Below, piece by piece: positions 1-9,226 of a stretch of 32,000 nt of DNA. The notes below the pieces were generated by a model that was not told the DNA's origin, did not search any database, and saw only the letters and a list, made by a program, of their open reading frames with translations. Location of the stretch: NCBI RefSeq assembly GCF_049243625.1, contig NZ_CP046975.1; one strand, 5' to 3'. Each line of letters opens with the position of its first letter. The stretch's first letter is position 1. The stretch is from Corynebacterium amycolatum. GTDB taxonomy: Bacteria > Actinomycetota > Actinomycetes > Mycobacteriales > Mycobacteriaceae. The position numbers were made by a program, and so were the translations under genes.

Positions 1-1
1 C

Positions 2-298
2 CTGCAGACGTGCGATGACATCACCGTAGAGACGCGTGATGCTATTTACCGCTACAAGGTATTGCCGGTCGACGGTATGGCTGGCGCAGGGGAAAGCTTC
101 GACTGCGTGCCAGAAGGAACTAACGTCCCCGAGATTCCCGGCCAGCACATTGTCACTCCGGACCGGGCCGATGTCCTCAATCCGGTCGGTGACGCCACTC
201 TACTTACGCTGACTACCTGCCATCCGCAGTGGGACAACACTCATCGGCTCATTATTCACGCGGTTCTCGCCGGTGTTGAGACCAAGGAGGTCAACTAG
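2..298 (+). CDS. Sortase (class E-like/housekeeping type), C-terminal part; the 5' end lies outside the window
   Basis: The frame is open from base 2 (LQTCDDITVETRDAIYRYKVLPV...). It contains the sortase catalytic signature LTLTTCHP (TLxTC) followed by a conserved Arg (THRLIIHAV). Stop TAG at 296-298. Confidence 0.75.
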   Translation: MQTCDDITVETRDAIYRYKVLPVDGMAGAGESFDCVPEGTNVPEIPGQHIVTPDRADVLNPVGDATLLTLTTCHPQWDNTHRLIIHAVLAGVETKEVN

Positions 299-451
299 AT
301 GTACGCAGCTTTTTGGCGATCCCTGCCAGGGCCGTGGTGGGTGAAAGCGATCATCACCATCGTGATTGCCGTCATCGTGTTCCTGCTGTTGATGAATTAC
401 ATCTTTCCTTGGGCTGCTGAGCTAATTCCCTCAAATGATGTCTCACTCTAG
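299..451 (+). CDS. Small single-pass membrane protein (50 aa), below the ORF-track cutoff
   Basis: The ATG at 299 directly abuts the sortase stop (TAGATG). Translation is [50 protein letters not shown], with one clear hydrophobic helix. It ends 3 nt before proA, filling the whole gap. Confidence 0.4.
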   Translation: MYAAFWRSLPGPWWVKAIITIVIAVIVFLLLMNYIFPWAAELIPSNDVSL

Positions 452-453
452 TT

Positions 454-1809
454 ATGCTGGTAGGCATGACTGCTCAAACGAACGAAACTGCTAACACCAA
501 TCAACAGGGCATTGCCGAGGATTCGGCTCTTAGCCCGGAGCGTGCTGCTGAGCGCGCCGAGGTTTTAGATAAGGCACAGCGTGCCAAGGCTGTCGCGGGA
601 GAGCTGTCGCGCTTTACGTCGGCACGCAAGAACGAGCTCCTGCTGGCCGCAGCAGACGCGCTGGTTGCCCGTACTGAAGAGATTCTGGTGGCCAATGCCA
701 AGGACATCGAGGCCGGTAAGACCCGTGGTTTTAGTGACTCCCTGCTGGATCGCCTGCGTCTTGACGCCGATCGTGTTGAGGGTATTGCCGGTGGGCTTCG
801 TCAGGTTGCGGCTCTGCCGGATCCGGTAGGCGAGGTGCTGCGCGGAAGCACTCTTCCCAACGGCATTAAGCTCTCCCAGGTCAGCGTCCCGCTGGGTGTG
901 ATGGGCATGGTCTACGAGGCTCGCCCGAACGTTACTGTCGATGCGTTTGGTCTGGCGCTGAAGTCGGGCAACGTGGCCTTGCTGCGCGGCTCCAAGTCCG
1001 CTGTCCATTCCAACACGCAGCTGGTCGCGGTTTTGCGTGAGGTGCTGGCCAACCACGATGCGCCGGAGGACCTTGTCCAGCTGCTGCCGTGTGAGACCCA
1101 CGATTCAGTGCAGGATCTCATCACAGCTCGCGGCCTGGTTGACGTGGTGATTCCGCGCGGCGGTGCCGGTTTGATTGAGGCCGTTGTGACGAAGGCAACG
1201 GTGCCGACCATCGAGACCGGTACCGGTAACTGCCACATCTACATCGATGCCTCCGCCGACGTTGACGAGGCGATTGCGCTGATGATTAACGGCAAGACCC
1301 GCCGTCCGAGCGTCTGTAACGCTACTGAAACGGTTCTCATTGACTCGGCGTTGTCCACGCAGGATCAGGTGCGCATTTTGGACGCGCTTGCCGACGCGGG
1401 GGTTGCGGTCCACGGCGATGTCGATAACCTGGCGGCCTCTGGGTGGACTGGTGAGGTTATTCCTGCGACGGCGGAAGACTGGTCGGATGAGTACCTCTCG
1501 CTAGACATTGCCGCGCGCATTGTCGACGGTGTGGTGGCCGCGACGGATCACATCACTGAGTACTCCTCGGGACACACGGAAGCTATCTCTGCACGTGACT
1601 GGGGAGTGTGCCAGGAGTTCGTCGACCGCGTTGATGCCGCCGCCGTCAGCGTCAATGCCTCCACTGCGTTCACCGATGGTGAGCAGTATGGTTTCGGCGC
1701 AGAGATTGGTATTTCCACTCAGAAGCTGCACGCCCGTGGCCCGATGGGGCTGCCGGAGTTGACCAGCAGCAAGTGGGTTCTGGCTGGTCGTGGACAGACT
1801 CGTCCGTAG
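454..1809 (+). CDS. proA: Gamma-glutamyl phosphate reductase
   Basis: Full-length ORF with ProA hallmarks: [26 protein letters not shown] and the catalytic-Cys region [12 protein letters not shown]. The start could instead be the ATG at 466 (MTAQTNE). Confidence 0.93.
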   Translation: MLVGMTAQTNETANTNQQGIAEDSALSPERAAERAEVLDKAQRAKAVAGELSRFTSARKNELLLAAADALVARTEEILVANAKDIEAGKTRGFSDSLLDRLRLDADRVEGIAGGLRQVAALPDPVGEVLRGSTLPNGIKLSQVSVPLGVMGMVYEARPNVTVDAFGLALKSGNVALLRGSKSAVHSNTQLVAVLREVLANHDAPEDLVQLLPCETHDSVQDLITARGLVDVVIPRGGAGLIEAVVTKATVPTIETGTGNCHIYIDASADVDEAIALMINGKTRRPSVCNATETVLIDSALSTQDQVRILDALADAGVAVHGDVDNLAASGWTGEVIPATAEDWSDEYLSLDIAARIVDGVVAATDHITEYSSGHTEAISARDWGVCQEFVDRVDAAAVSVNASTAFTDGEQYGFGAEIGISTQKLHARGPMGLPELTSSKWVLAGRGQTRP

Positions 1810-1821
1810 TGCCCAGGTAAA

Positions 1822-2601
1822 GTGCCAGTCATGATTAAGCGCAAGAAAAGTGTGCGGTCGCGAGTACATGCCGCGTTGACAGCAAAGTCGGCGGAAGCGC
1901 CGCGGCAGCGCATTGGCGTGATGGGGGGCACTTTTGATCCCATCCACAATGGTCACCTGGTTGCCGCCAGCGAGGTGGCAGATCGTTTTGACCTCGACTT
2001 TGTGCTTTTCGTGCCCACGGGTGAACCGTGGCAAAAGCGCGGCCGAAAGGTCTCTCACAGCGAAGATCGCTACCTGATGACGGTCATTGCCACCGCGTCA
2101 AACCCGCAGTTTTCGGTCTCGCGGGTTGATATTGACCGGCCGGGTGCGACCTATACCGTCGATACGCTGCGGGATTTGAAGGTCATCTATCCCGACGCGG
2201 ATCTGTTCTTCATTACCGGTGCCGATGCGCTGCAGAAGATTATGACGTGGCGGGACTGGGAGGAGATGTTCGACGCAGCAACGTTCGTCGGCGTCACTCG
2301 CCCAGGAGTTCACCTGCGTGCAGAGGACCTGGAGGGGATTGACGCCTCGCGGTTACACCTCATCGAGATTCCCGCGATGGCTATTTCTTCCACCGACTGT
2401 CGAAAGCGGGCGGAGGCAGGACGCCCTGTGTGGTACTTGGTGCCGGATGGCGTGGTCCAGTACATCGCTAAGCGTGGTCTGTACCAGTCTGCTGAGGGCA
2501 CAGTTGGCTCTGTGGGCCCCGCATCGGTGAACTCGACCTCCGAGGACACGGCGCCGGTGGATGCGGCATCGGTGGATGCGAAGTCCGATACCGACGACTG
2601 A
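1822..2601 (+). CDS. nadD: Nicotinate-nucleotide adenylyltransferase with a low-complexity acidic C-terminal tail
   Basis: Carries [15 protein letters not shown] (the (H/T)xGH nucleotidyltransferase motif) and an ISSTDCRKR (ISxT) motif. The start is ambiguous (GTG 1822, ATG 1831, GTG 1852). It follows proA, as in other actinobacteria. Confidence 0.9.
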   Translation: MPVMIKRKKSVRSRVHAALTAKSAEAPRQRIGVMGGTFDPIHNGHLVAASEVADRFDLDFVLFVPTGEPWQKRGRKVSHSEDRYLMTVIATASNPQFSVSRVDIDRPGATYTVDTLRDLKVIYPDADLFFITGADALQKIMTWRDWEEMFDAATFVGVTRPGVHLRAEDLEGIDASRLHLIEIPAMAISSTDCRKRAEAGRPVWYLVPDGVVQYIAKRGLYQSAEGTVGSVGPASVNSTSEDTAPVDAASVDAKSDTDD

Positions 2602-2690
2602 AAGTTAGCAAAATCCCGCTGAGACGGTAAGTTACAAGTACAAACGCTGTTTTTCACGACTTTTTTAATCACAAGGAGCTGAAGTCTTTC

Positions 2691-3149
2691 GTGACTGCAC
2701 AACCACGCGCCATTGAGCTGGCGACCGCCGCGGCTAAGGCCGCCGATAGCAAAAAGGGTGAGGACGTCGTTGTTCTCGATGTCTCTGGCCCAGTGGTGAT
2801 TACGGACGCATTCGTCCTGGTCAGTGCTGACAATGAGCGTCTGGTTGCCGCAATCGTCGACGAAATTGAGGACGATCTGCGTGACCTCGGCGCAAAGCCG
2901 GTTCGCCGCGAAGGTGTCCGTGAGGGACGTTGGGCGCTGCTGGATTACGGCGACATTGTCGTGCATGTCTTCCGCAGTGAAGAACGCGACTTCTACGGCC
3001 TGGATCGACTGTGGCGCGACTGCCCGCGCATCGAGGTCGAAGGCGTCGAGCAGCCGAGCAACGAGGACGGCGAAGATTTCGCCCGCCATGCTCGTTCCAT
3101 CGACGAGATTCCGCTGGCTGCCGAAAACCCGGACACGGACGAGTTTTAA
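2691..3149 (+). CDS. rsfS: Ribosomal silencing factor RsfS (Iojap family)
   Basis: GTG start preceded by AAGGAG at about 2673. Has VVLDVSGPVVITDAFVLVSADN and WALLDYGDIVVHVF, typical RsfS motifs. Conserved position after nadD. Confidence 0.9.
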   Translation: MTAQPRAIELATAAAKAADSKKGEDVVVLDVSGPVVITDAFVLVSADNERLVAAIVDEIEDDLRDLGAKPVRREGVREGRWALLDYGDIVVHVFRSEERDFYGLDRLWRDCPRIEVEGVEQPSNEDGEDFARHARSIDEIPLAAENPDTDEF

Positions 3150-3151
3150 CT

Positions 3152-3859
3152 GTGGCGGGCTCACGCGAGGCACATGTTGCCGCTCGACGTCGCCTGATTA
3201 TGCTGCGGCACGGGCAGACGTCGTATAACGCTACCGGTCGCATTCAGGGACAGCTGGACACGCAGCTTTCCGACGTTGGCCGCGAGCAAGCCCGTACTGC
3301 GGCGCAGTACCTGGCGGAGGCTGAACCGCGAATCACAAAAATCGTGTCCTCCGACCTGACCCGGGCAGCTGACACCGCCCGCGCGCTAGCTGAGGCCACC
3401 GGCGCAGAGTTGAGTTTTGATAAGCGCCTGCGTGAGACCAACCTCGGTGAATGGCAAGAGCGCACCTATGACGAGATTGACTCCGCGTTTCCCGGTATGC
3501 GTGACCACTGGCGTCATAACCTCAACTGGGCACCCAAGGGCGGCGAGACCCGCTTTGAGGTCTCCAACCGAATGCTGGCAGTCATTGCTGAGCTAGCAGC
3601 TAACCCCGATTGGGAGTCGGACACCTTTGTGCTCGTGTCCCACGGTGGTGCCATTGCTGCCGCTACCGCAGCCCTGCTGCAGCTGCCGCGCGACTATTTC
3701 AGCACGTTTAACGGCCTGGGCAACACTGCGTGGGTTGAAATGGAGCAACGCACGCGCGTCAATGGTGAGACCTCTTGGTACTTGAATGCTTTTAATGCGA
3801 AGGTTCGCGCGCGGGAGTCGCAGGTTTCTGATTCTTCAGGGGGCCGCCATGCCCGGTGA
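3152..3859 (+). CDS. Histidine phosphatase family protein (phosphoglycerate-mutase-like; positional counterpart of mycobacterial GpgP)
   Basis: RHG motif (LIMLRHGQTSYN) and distal LVSHGGAI. The ORF is open from 3011 but that part overlaps rsfS. The GTG at 3152 (3 nt after the rsfS stop) or the ATG at 3200 is the likely start. Confidence 0.8.
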   Translation: MAGSREAHVAARRRLIMLRHGQTSYNATGRIQGQLDTQLSDVGREQARTAAQYLAEAEPRITKIVSSDLTRAADTARALAEATGAELSFDKRLRETNLGEWQERTYDEIDSAFPGMRDHWRHNLNWAPKGGETRFEVSNRMLAVIAELAANPDWESDTFVLVSHGGAIAAATAALLQLPRDYFSTFNGLGNTAWVEMEQRTRVNGETSWYLNAFNAKVRARESQVSDSSGGRHAR

Positions 3860-5210
3860 CGGTCGCGTTCGCATTGTTGTCGATGACACCGCGTGCCTGA
3901 TGCCCGAGGTTGCCCGCAAGCTCGATATCACCGTGGTTCCCATCGGCCATGACATCAATGAAGACGCCGTCACCACGTCGGCAGTCAGTCCGCTGAAGCT
4001 GTGCGCCGCGTATGCGCGTGCGCTGGAACGCTCCAACCAGGACGGCTCTGACGCTGGCGTTGTTGCCCTGCATCTTGGCAAAGGAATGTCCGCGACCTGG
4101 TCTAATGCTGTCACCGCTGCTGGTGCACTGGACCGCGTGACCGTTATCGACACCGACACCGTAGGGGCTGGAGTCGGTGCCGCTGCCATCGCGGCAGCTA
4201 AGGCAGCGAGGGCCGGGGCCAGTCGTGATGAGGTGGCCGATGTAGCCCGTGATGTGCTGCAGCGCTATCGACTCTGGTTGTTTGTACCAAAGCTTGATTC
4301 GCTGCGCCGTGGTGGTCGCATCTCCGCGGGCCAAGCGATGCTCTCTACGGCTCTCGCTATCAAGCCCATCGTCGGCATTAAAGATGGCTCACTGGCACTC
4401 GTCGCCAAGTGCCGCACAGAAGCGAAGGTCAAGCAGCGGATGGTGGATTTTGCCACGAAGATGGTGCGGTCTGCGTCATCGACGAACCGTCCGCCTGCAG
4501 TATTGCTGCATCATTCCGACGCGCTTGACGACGTCCACGAGCTCCAGGCCATGCTTGCCGAAGAGCTACCCGACGATACCCGGTTTAGAATCCTGGATTT
4601 GCCGGAGTCGCTTGCTGCTCATGTCGGGCAGGGAGCCTATGCAGTTGGCATGGTTTCCGGTGGCTCGATCGATTCGGATGCCATGGATTTTGAAGCAGAG
4701 ATGGGAGTAACTGCGCTGCTCCACAGTGTGGAGGAGAGTGACGCGGCTGCTGTTGAAGCTGAGGTTACCGACGCGGTGGAAGATGATTCCGGGAACATAG
4801 GCAATTCCGGTGACTCTGCTGACATGGAAGGGGCGGATGGCTCCGTTGGTTCAGCTGAAACTGCTGATACCACTGACTCGGATGAACCAATCACCGATCA
4901 GGCTGTGGTGAAGGTAGTTGAGAATCCGGCGGCTAGTCGCAACCGCAATAAGCGTATCCATCGCACAGTCGTGACTAATGAACAGGGAATTCCGCTTTTC
5001 ACCACGGCTGTTTCTAAATTGCCAACGTGGAGTGAGAACCGCCAAGCAGCCCTGGATAAAGCTGAGCGCCTGGCGAAGGCTATCTCTGATTTGGCGCTGC
5101 GCGATAAGTCCGATCCCGAGGGAGCTGTATTTGGCAACGAAGGGGAGAAATCGCAGGAGTCGTCGTCAAGCGACAAGCGTGATGATGACGGCGATGAGAC
5201 GAAGATATAG
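3849..5210 (+). CDS. DegV family (fatty-acid binding) protein with a C-terminal acidic/disordered extension of about 180 aa
   Basis: The ATG at 3849 (MPGDGRVRIVVDDTACL) gives a typical DegV N-terminus and overlaps the upstream gene by 11 nt. The DegV-sized core ends near 4660. The remainder is D/E/S-rich plus a short basic/helical module. Confidence 0.8.
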   Translation: MPGDGRVRIVVDDTACLMPEVARKLDITVVPIGHDINEDAVTTSAVSPLKLCAAYARALERSNQDGSDAGVVALHLGKGMSATWSNAVTAAGALDRVTVIDTDTVGAGVGAAAIAAAKAARAGASRDEVADVARDVLQRYRLWLFVPKLDSLRRGGRISAGQAMLSTALAIKPIVGIKDGSLALVAKCRTEAKVKQRMVDFATKMVRSASSTNRPPAVLLHHSDALDDVHELQAMLAEELPDDTRFRILDLPESLAAHVGQGAYAVGMVSGGSIDSDAMDFEAEMGVTALLHSVEESDAAAVEAEVTDAVEDDSGNIGNSGDSADMEGADGSVGSAETADTTDSDEPITDQAVVKVVENPAASRNRNKRIHRTVVTNEQGIPLFTTAVSKLPTWSENRQAALDKAERLAKAISDLALRDKSDPEGAVFGNEGEKSQESSSSDKRDDDGDETKI

Positions 5211-5233
5211 CGGCTGAACTGAGCAGATGATGT

Positions 5234-5265
5234 GACCTGTGGATAACCTCCACAGGTCATTTTTT
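5234..5265 (+). terminator. Rho-independent terminator after degV
   Basis: 9-bp perfect stem GACCTGTGG (5234-5242) / CCACAGGTC (5250-5258) with a 7-nt loop, followed by ATTTTTT. Confidence 0.6.
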
Positions 5266-5272
5266 ATCCACA
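5238..5272. promoter_or_regulatory. Pair of perfect DnaA-box 9-mers (TTATCCACA) in opposite orientation
   Basis: TGTGGATAA at 5238-5246 (reverse complement of TTATCCACA) and TTATCCACA at 5264-5272. The first lies inside the terminator stem. The second ends 1 nt before the first in-frame ATG of the comEA ORF. Confidence 0.35.
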
Positions 5273-5273
5273 G

Positions 5274-6107
5274 ATGACGCTTCGACAGGTGCTTTCGCGG
5301 GAGTGCGGTGTGGGGCGGGGCGCTAGTGTGCGCATTGTGACGAATTTGCGGAATCGGCTGGCGGACTACCTGGAGCCGATTGATCAAGACAAGCGCATGG
5401 CGGTGGACTTTTCCGTGCGCCGGACGGTGGTGACGCCGCGGGTGGCGATGGCCGCGTGCATTGTGATTGCGGTGTTGGCCCTGGGAGCAATTGCGGCGGT
5501 GTTATGGCCGTCGTCGCCGCAGGTAGAGATGCCAGTGGTGCAGGACGCGGCTGTCGCGGGGACGACACCGGAGACGACCGAAACCTCAGCGGAGACGCCG
5601 GGTGGTCCGGGGAAGGAGACTAACGCTCAGGCACAGGCGGGGCCGTTGATTGTGTCGGTGGTGGGGTTGGTCGTGAATCCAGGCGTGGTGGAGGTGCCAG
5701 CGGGCGCGCGGGTGGTGGAGGCAATTGAGCGTGCGGGTGGGCTTTTACCGGAGGCTAATCCTGCCAGTGTGAACCTGGCGGCACCGTTGGTTGATGGCCA
5801 ACAGATTGTGGTCGGGACAGCGCCGTTGCCAGCAGGGACGGCGGAGGGCGGGGCCGATGTTTCTGGCGGTTCTGGCGCCGGTGCTGCAGGCGGGGCTGGC
5901 CCGGGCGGCTCGGACGGACAGATCAACATCAACACCGCTACTGCTACTCAGTTGGAGGAATTGCCCGGAATCGGCCCCGCAACGGCGTCCAAAATCATCG
6001 ACTTTCGAGAAAAGAACGGGCCTTTTGCGAGTATCGACGCACTTGAGGAGGTTCCGGGAATCGGCCCGGCGAAGGTAGAGGCTCTGCGCGATGTCGCCAC
6101 CGTCTGA
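5274..6107 (+). CDS. comEA: ComEA family DNA-binding competence protein (TM anchor + SLBB + tandem helix-hairpin-helix)
   Basis: C-terminal HhH pair (LEELPGIGPATASKIIDF and LEEVPGIGPAKVEALRD), an SLBB-like segment (VVGLVVNPGVVEVPAGARVVEAIERAGG) and a TM helix (VAMAACIVIAVLALGAIAAVLW). The ATG at 5274 has no room for an RBS, so GTG 5328 or ATG 5397 are plausible true starts. Confidence 0.85.
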   Translation: MTLRQVLSRECGVGRGASVRIVTNLRNRLADYLEPIDQDKRMAVDFSVRRTVVTPRVAMAACIVIAVLALGAIAAVLWPSSPQVEMPVVQDAAVAGTTPETTETSAETPGGPGKETNAQAQAGPLIVSVVGLVVNPGVVEVPAGARVVEAIERAGGLLPEANPASVNLAAPLVDGQQIVVGTAPLPAGTAEGGADVSGGSGAGAAGGAGPGGSDGQININTATATQLEELPGIGPATASKIIDFREKNGPFASIDALEEVPGIGPAKVEALRDVATV

Positions 6108-8091
6108 CCTGCGCGCTCGTGCTGGGCTCGATGTGCGGCTAGTGCCAGCAGCGGTGTTGGCGTGGGCGACTGCGGTGGCAGTGATCATGCGCCCAGAATG
6201 GGCGATAGTTGTGGCACCGTGCGCAATCGTGACTGCGGTGGTGCTGCCGTGGGCGTGGCAGCGGTGGTCGTGGCGATGGGGAAGAGGCGCGGTGACATCC
6301 GGCTGGCGAGCGATCGCCACTATCCTGGTGCCAGCTGTGTCGGTGGCGAGCGTTGCGGTAGCCACGCGAATCCGCATAGCGCGAGCCCGAGCCCACGAGC
6401 TCCATCACGACATTGGCAGGATGGCGAAAGTGCAGTTGCGCCTGGTCACGGAGCCGAAAGCAACCGAATTCGGGGCGAGTGCAAAGGCGCGCATCGAGGG
6501 TCTTCCTGGGCAGGTGACGGTTTTTGGCGACGAGTCACTGTTGTCGGTCACGAGAGACACCGTAGTTGAATCCACAGCCGGTATACGTGCGGCCAGCAAA
6601 CCCTGCATCAGCGGAATCCAGCTGAATCTACGCGGAGATGTTGAGGTCATTGCGCCACCACAGGGGCTTGCCGCTGACGTGAGGCAGCAGCTCTTTGACT
6701 CGGCGCAGAATCTCCCCTTTGGCCCCGACCGCCTCATACCCGCCATGGCCATCGGCGATGAGCGCGGTTTCACCCTCGCTGACGGCGACATGATGACTGC
6801 TTCCGGGCTTTCACATCTGTCGGCCGTCTCTGGAGCCAACGTTGCACTTGTTGTCGGGGCTGTCGTGGCGGTCTTCTCCTGGGCTGGACCGCGAGTGCGA
6901 GTCGCAGTCGCCACGGTTGCCCTGTATGGGTTTGTAGCAATAGTGGGCACAGAACCCTCAGTGCTACGCGCAGTGGTCACCGGCTGCATTGGGCTGTTGG
7001 CTATTCTCGTAGGACGAGCTGGCCAAGCGATCGCGGCGCTATCGGCTGGCATTATTGGGTTGATTCTCCTGGCACCAGACCTATCGGTATCAGTGGGCTT
7101 CGCCCTCTCGGTCGCAGCCACCGCCGGGCTAGTCCTTCTTGCCGAGCCCCTTGCCAGACGTCTGTCCGCCACCACCGTTATGGGGACTTGGCCCGCCCCA
7201 GTAGTTCGCGCCGTCGCCGTATCGATTGCCGCACACGTGGTCACCATGCCCGTATTGGCGCTTCTCATCGGCGAAATCAGCCATATCTCACTGTTGGCGA
7301 ATCTGCTCGCCGCGCCCGCCGTCGCACCCGTTACTATCGCTGGTTCGCTCGCTGCCGTTGCCGCCGCATTGCATCTCAATTGGCTGGTCAGCGCTCTGCT
7401 CTGGTGTGCTGCACCATGCGCGTGGTGGATCTATCAGGTCGCACGCCTTACTGCAGATATCGTCACGCCCGCCACTGGAACGGTCACGTTGGTCGTCTCC
7501 TGCACGCTTACACTTACATGCTTGACGACGCTTTGGGCGTGGCCCCGTCTTGCGCTTCGCGCTGGGGCCTGTGCTGCTGTCTTGGCAGCCGGTAGCCATG
7601 CCGTTATTTGGGTGTTCGGCCTCGATATTGCGCGTGCCCCACAGGGGTGGAAGCTAGCCGCCTGTGCTGAGAAAAACCAGATTGTTCTCATTCACGCGGG
7701 CGCTGTCGAAGGACCCGTCAGCCATGGCGCTTCTGTAGACCGCTCTGCGCGAAATCCGGACAGCAGCTCTGCACCAACCTCGCTCAGCCGGCAGTGCCGA
7801 ATTGCCCTCAGAATCACCGAGGAAATGACATGGCATGCCCAGGGGCTCGATCCAGCCGTTGATAATCCCACGACAGGAACCGTGGTGGTGGAGTCCCCTT
7901 CGTATATCGCTGAGGCCGTGAGCGGCAGAGTTCCCCAAACACGCAGCTCACCGCAGTGGTTTGTCGCCCGCGAGTGTGGTCCGCGCGTGCGAGAAATCGT
8001 AATGACCCCCGAGCACATTCCTGTGGTGTGTCCACAGCGAGATGGGCCACAAGCTCTCTATTCGAATGGTGACGTTTGGCGAGGGAGGTGA
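6091..8091 (+). CDS. comEC: ComEC/Rec2 family competence membrane protein; the C-terminal domain is not a recognisable metallo-beta-lactamase
   Basis: Polytopic membrane protein with the competence-domain motif GLSHLSAVSGANVALVVGAV. Overlaps the comEA stop by 17 nt. Conserved comEA-comEC-holA order. Confidence 0.85.
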   Translation: MSPPSDLRARAGLDVRLVPAAVLAWATAVAVIMRPEWAIVVAPCAIVTAVVLPWAWQRWSWRWGRGAVTSGWRAIATILVPAVSVASVAVATRIRIARARAHELHHDIGRMAKVQLRLVTEPKATEFGASAKARIEGLPGQVTVFGDESLLSVTRDTVVESTAGIRAASKPCISGIQLNLRGDVEVIAPPQGLAADVRQQLFDSAQNLPFGPDRLIPAMAIGDERGFTLADGDMMTASGLSHLSAVSGANVALVVGAVVAVFSWAGPRVRVAVATVALYGFVAIVGTEPSVLRAVVTGCIGLLAILVGRAGQAIAALSAGIIGLILLAPDLSVSVGFALSVAATAGLVLLAEPLARRLSATTVMGTWPAPVVRAVAVSIAAHVVTMPVLALLIGEISHISLLANLLAAPAVAPVTIAGSLAAVAAALHLNWLVSALLWCAAPCAWWIYQVARLTADIVTPATGTVTLVVSCTLTLTCLTTLWAWPRLALRAGACAAVLAAGSHAVIWVFGLDIARAPQGWKLAACAEKNQIVLIHAGAVEGPVSHGASVDRSARNPDSSSAPTSLSRQCRIALRITEEMTWHAQGLDPAVDNPTTGTVVVESPSYIAEAVSGRVPQTRSSPQWFVARECGPRVREIVMTPEHIPVVCPQRDGPQALYSNGDVWRGR

Positions 8092-9146
8092 AATCCGGGC
8101 TGTCCCGTAGGCTAGAAATAACAGTCGCAGGAATCAACGCGGAAAAGAGGTCGGGATTGAGCGCCGTCGCACCCGTGAATTTGATTGTGGGCAAAGAGGA
8201 GCTGCTGAAAGACCGCGCCCGCCTCGCCATTGTCGCTGCCGTCCGCGCGCAGGCAGCAACGGAGTCCGATCCGGGCGGACGCTCGGTGCCTGTGACCACC
8301 ATCCGCGCAGGGGACATGACCACTGTCGATGCCGTGGAGCTCTTCAGCCCCTCGTTGTTTGGGGATGACCGCATTGTGGTTGTCACCGACTGCCAGGATG
8401 CGGGTAAAGAACCCGCCAAGCTGTTGATGGATTCTGTTAAAGATCCCGCGCCGGGCATCACGTTGATTCTCCTTCACACCGGTGAGGGACGTCAGAAGAA
8501 GATGGTGGCTGACCTGCGTAAGCTAGGCGTCCGCTTTTTCGAAGCACAACCGCTCAAGAGAAACGACTTGCCCGGTTTCGTCGGCGAAGAGTTTGCTGCA
8601 CACGGGGTTAAGGTGCGTCGCGACGTCATTGATACCGTCCTGGATGCGGTCGGTTCGGACCTCCGCGAGTTGGCCACTGCCATTTCCCAGCTCTGTGCAG
8701 ATACTGCGGGCAAGGTCACCTCGGAAGCAGTTCGCACCTACTACGGCGCGTCGGCGGAGGTCTCGGGCTTTGAGATTGCCGAGCTAGCACTGCGCGGTCG
8801 CGGTGGGGAAGCGTTGGCCAAGATGCGTCGTGCCTTGCAGCTGGGCATGGCACCGGCACTGCTGTCGGCTGCAATCACGGGAATGGTCGGTGATGTAGCT
8901 CGGCTCCACGGCGCGCGTGGTGTCAATGCGCGTAGAGATGCCCACCGCTATGGCATGCCGCCGTGGAAGTTGGAGAAAACACAGCGGTTAGCTTCAGCCT
9001 GGTCAACCCCTGCGGTTGCTCGCGCTGTGGTTGTCGCGGCACAGCTGGATGCGGACACGAAGGGAGCCTCGTCGACACCGGAGCTGTCGCTGGAACAGTC
9101 GGTGCTTCGTATCGCGGAGCTGGCGTATTCGTCCCATCGGCGTTAA
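8076..9146 (+). CDS. holA: DNA polymerase III subunit delta
   Basis: Conserved position after comEC and a HolA-like N-terminus (APVNLIVGKEELLKDRARLAIV). The ORF opens at TTG 8076, overlapping comEC. TTG 8157, preceded by AAGAGG, is the more likely start. Confidence 0.78.
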   Translation: MAREVKSGLSRRLEITVAGINAEKRSGLSAVAPVNLIVGKEELLKDRARLAIVAAVRAQAATESDPGGRSVPVTTIRAGDMTTVDAVELFSPSLFGDDRIVVVTDCQDAGKEPAKLLMDSVKDPAPGITLILLHTGEGRQKKMVADLRKLGVRFFEAQPLKRNDLPGFVGEEFAAHGVKVRRDVIDTVLDAVGSDLRELATAISQLCADTAGKVTSEAVRTYYGASAEVSGFEIAELALRGRGGEALAKMRRALQLGMAPALLSAAITGMVGDVARLHGARGVNARRDAHRYGMPPWKLEKTQRLASAWSTPAVARAVVVAAQLDADTKGASSTPELSLEQSVLRIAELAYSSHRR

Positions 9147-9226
9147 ATAGTTCGGGTCCCCGTGGGAGCTTCAGTTCAGTGACTTGCCTCGATACTTAGC
9201 CGCATTTACGTCACGTTGATTCTTCG

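Noticed and set aside
3011-3151. N-terminal extensions offered by the ORF track: histidine phosphatase from 3011, lepA from 11287, ABC-class ATPase to 25436, MFS from 25208, CDF from 19898.
   Set aside because: The extensions overlap neighbouring genes or divergent promoters and encode Arg/Pro-rich junk. Internal starts give canonical family N-termini and lengths.
6405-7379. 324-aa ORF on the - strand inside comEC. Similar long antisense ORFs occur at 2310-3173, 565-1101, 11431-12135, 15314-15949, 25405-26154 and 29348-30034.
   Set aside because: These are typical high-GC shadow ORFs. They are Arg/Ala/Pro/Thr-rich with no recognisable motifs, and they fully overlap sense genes that have strong family signatures.
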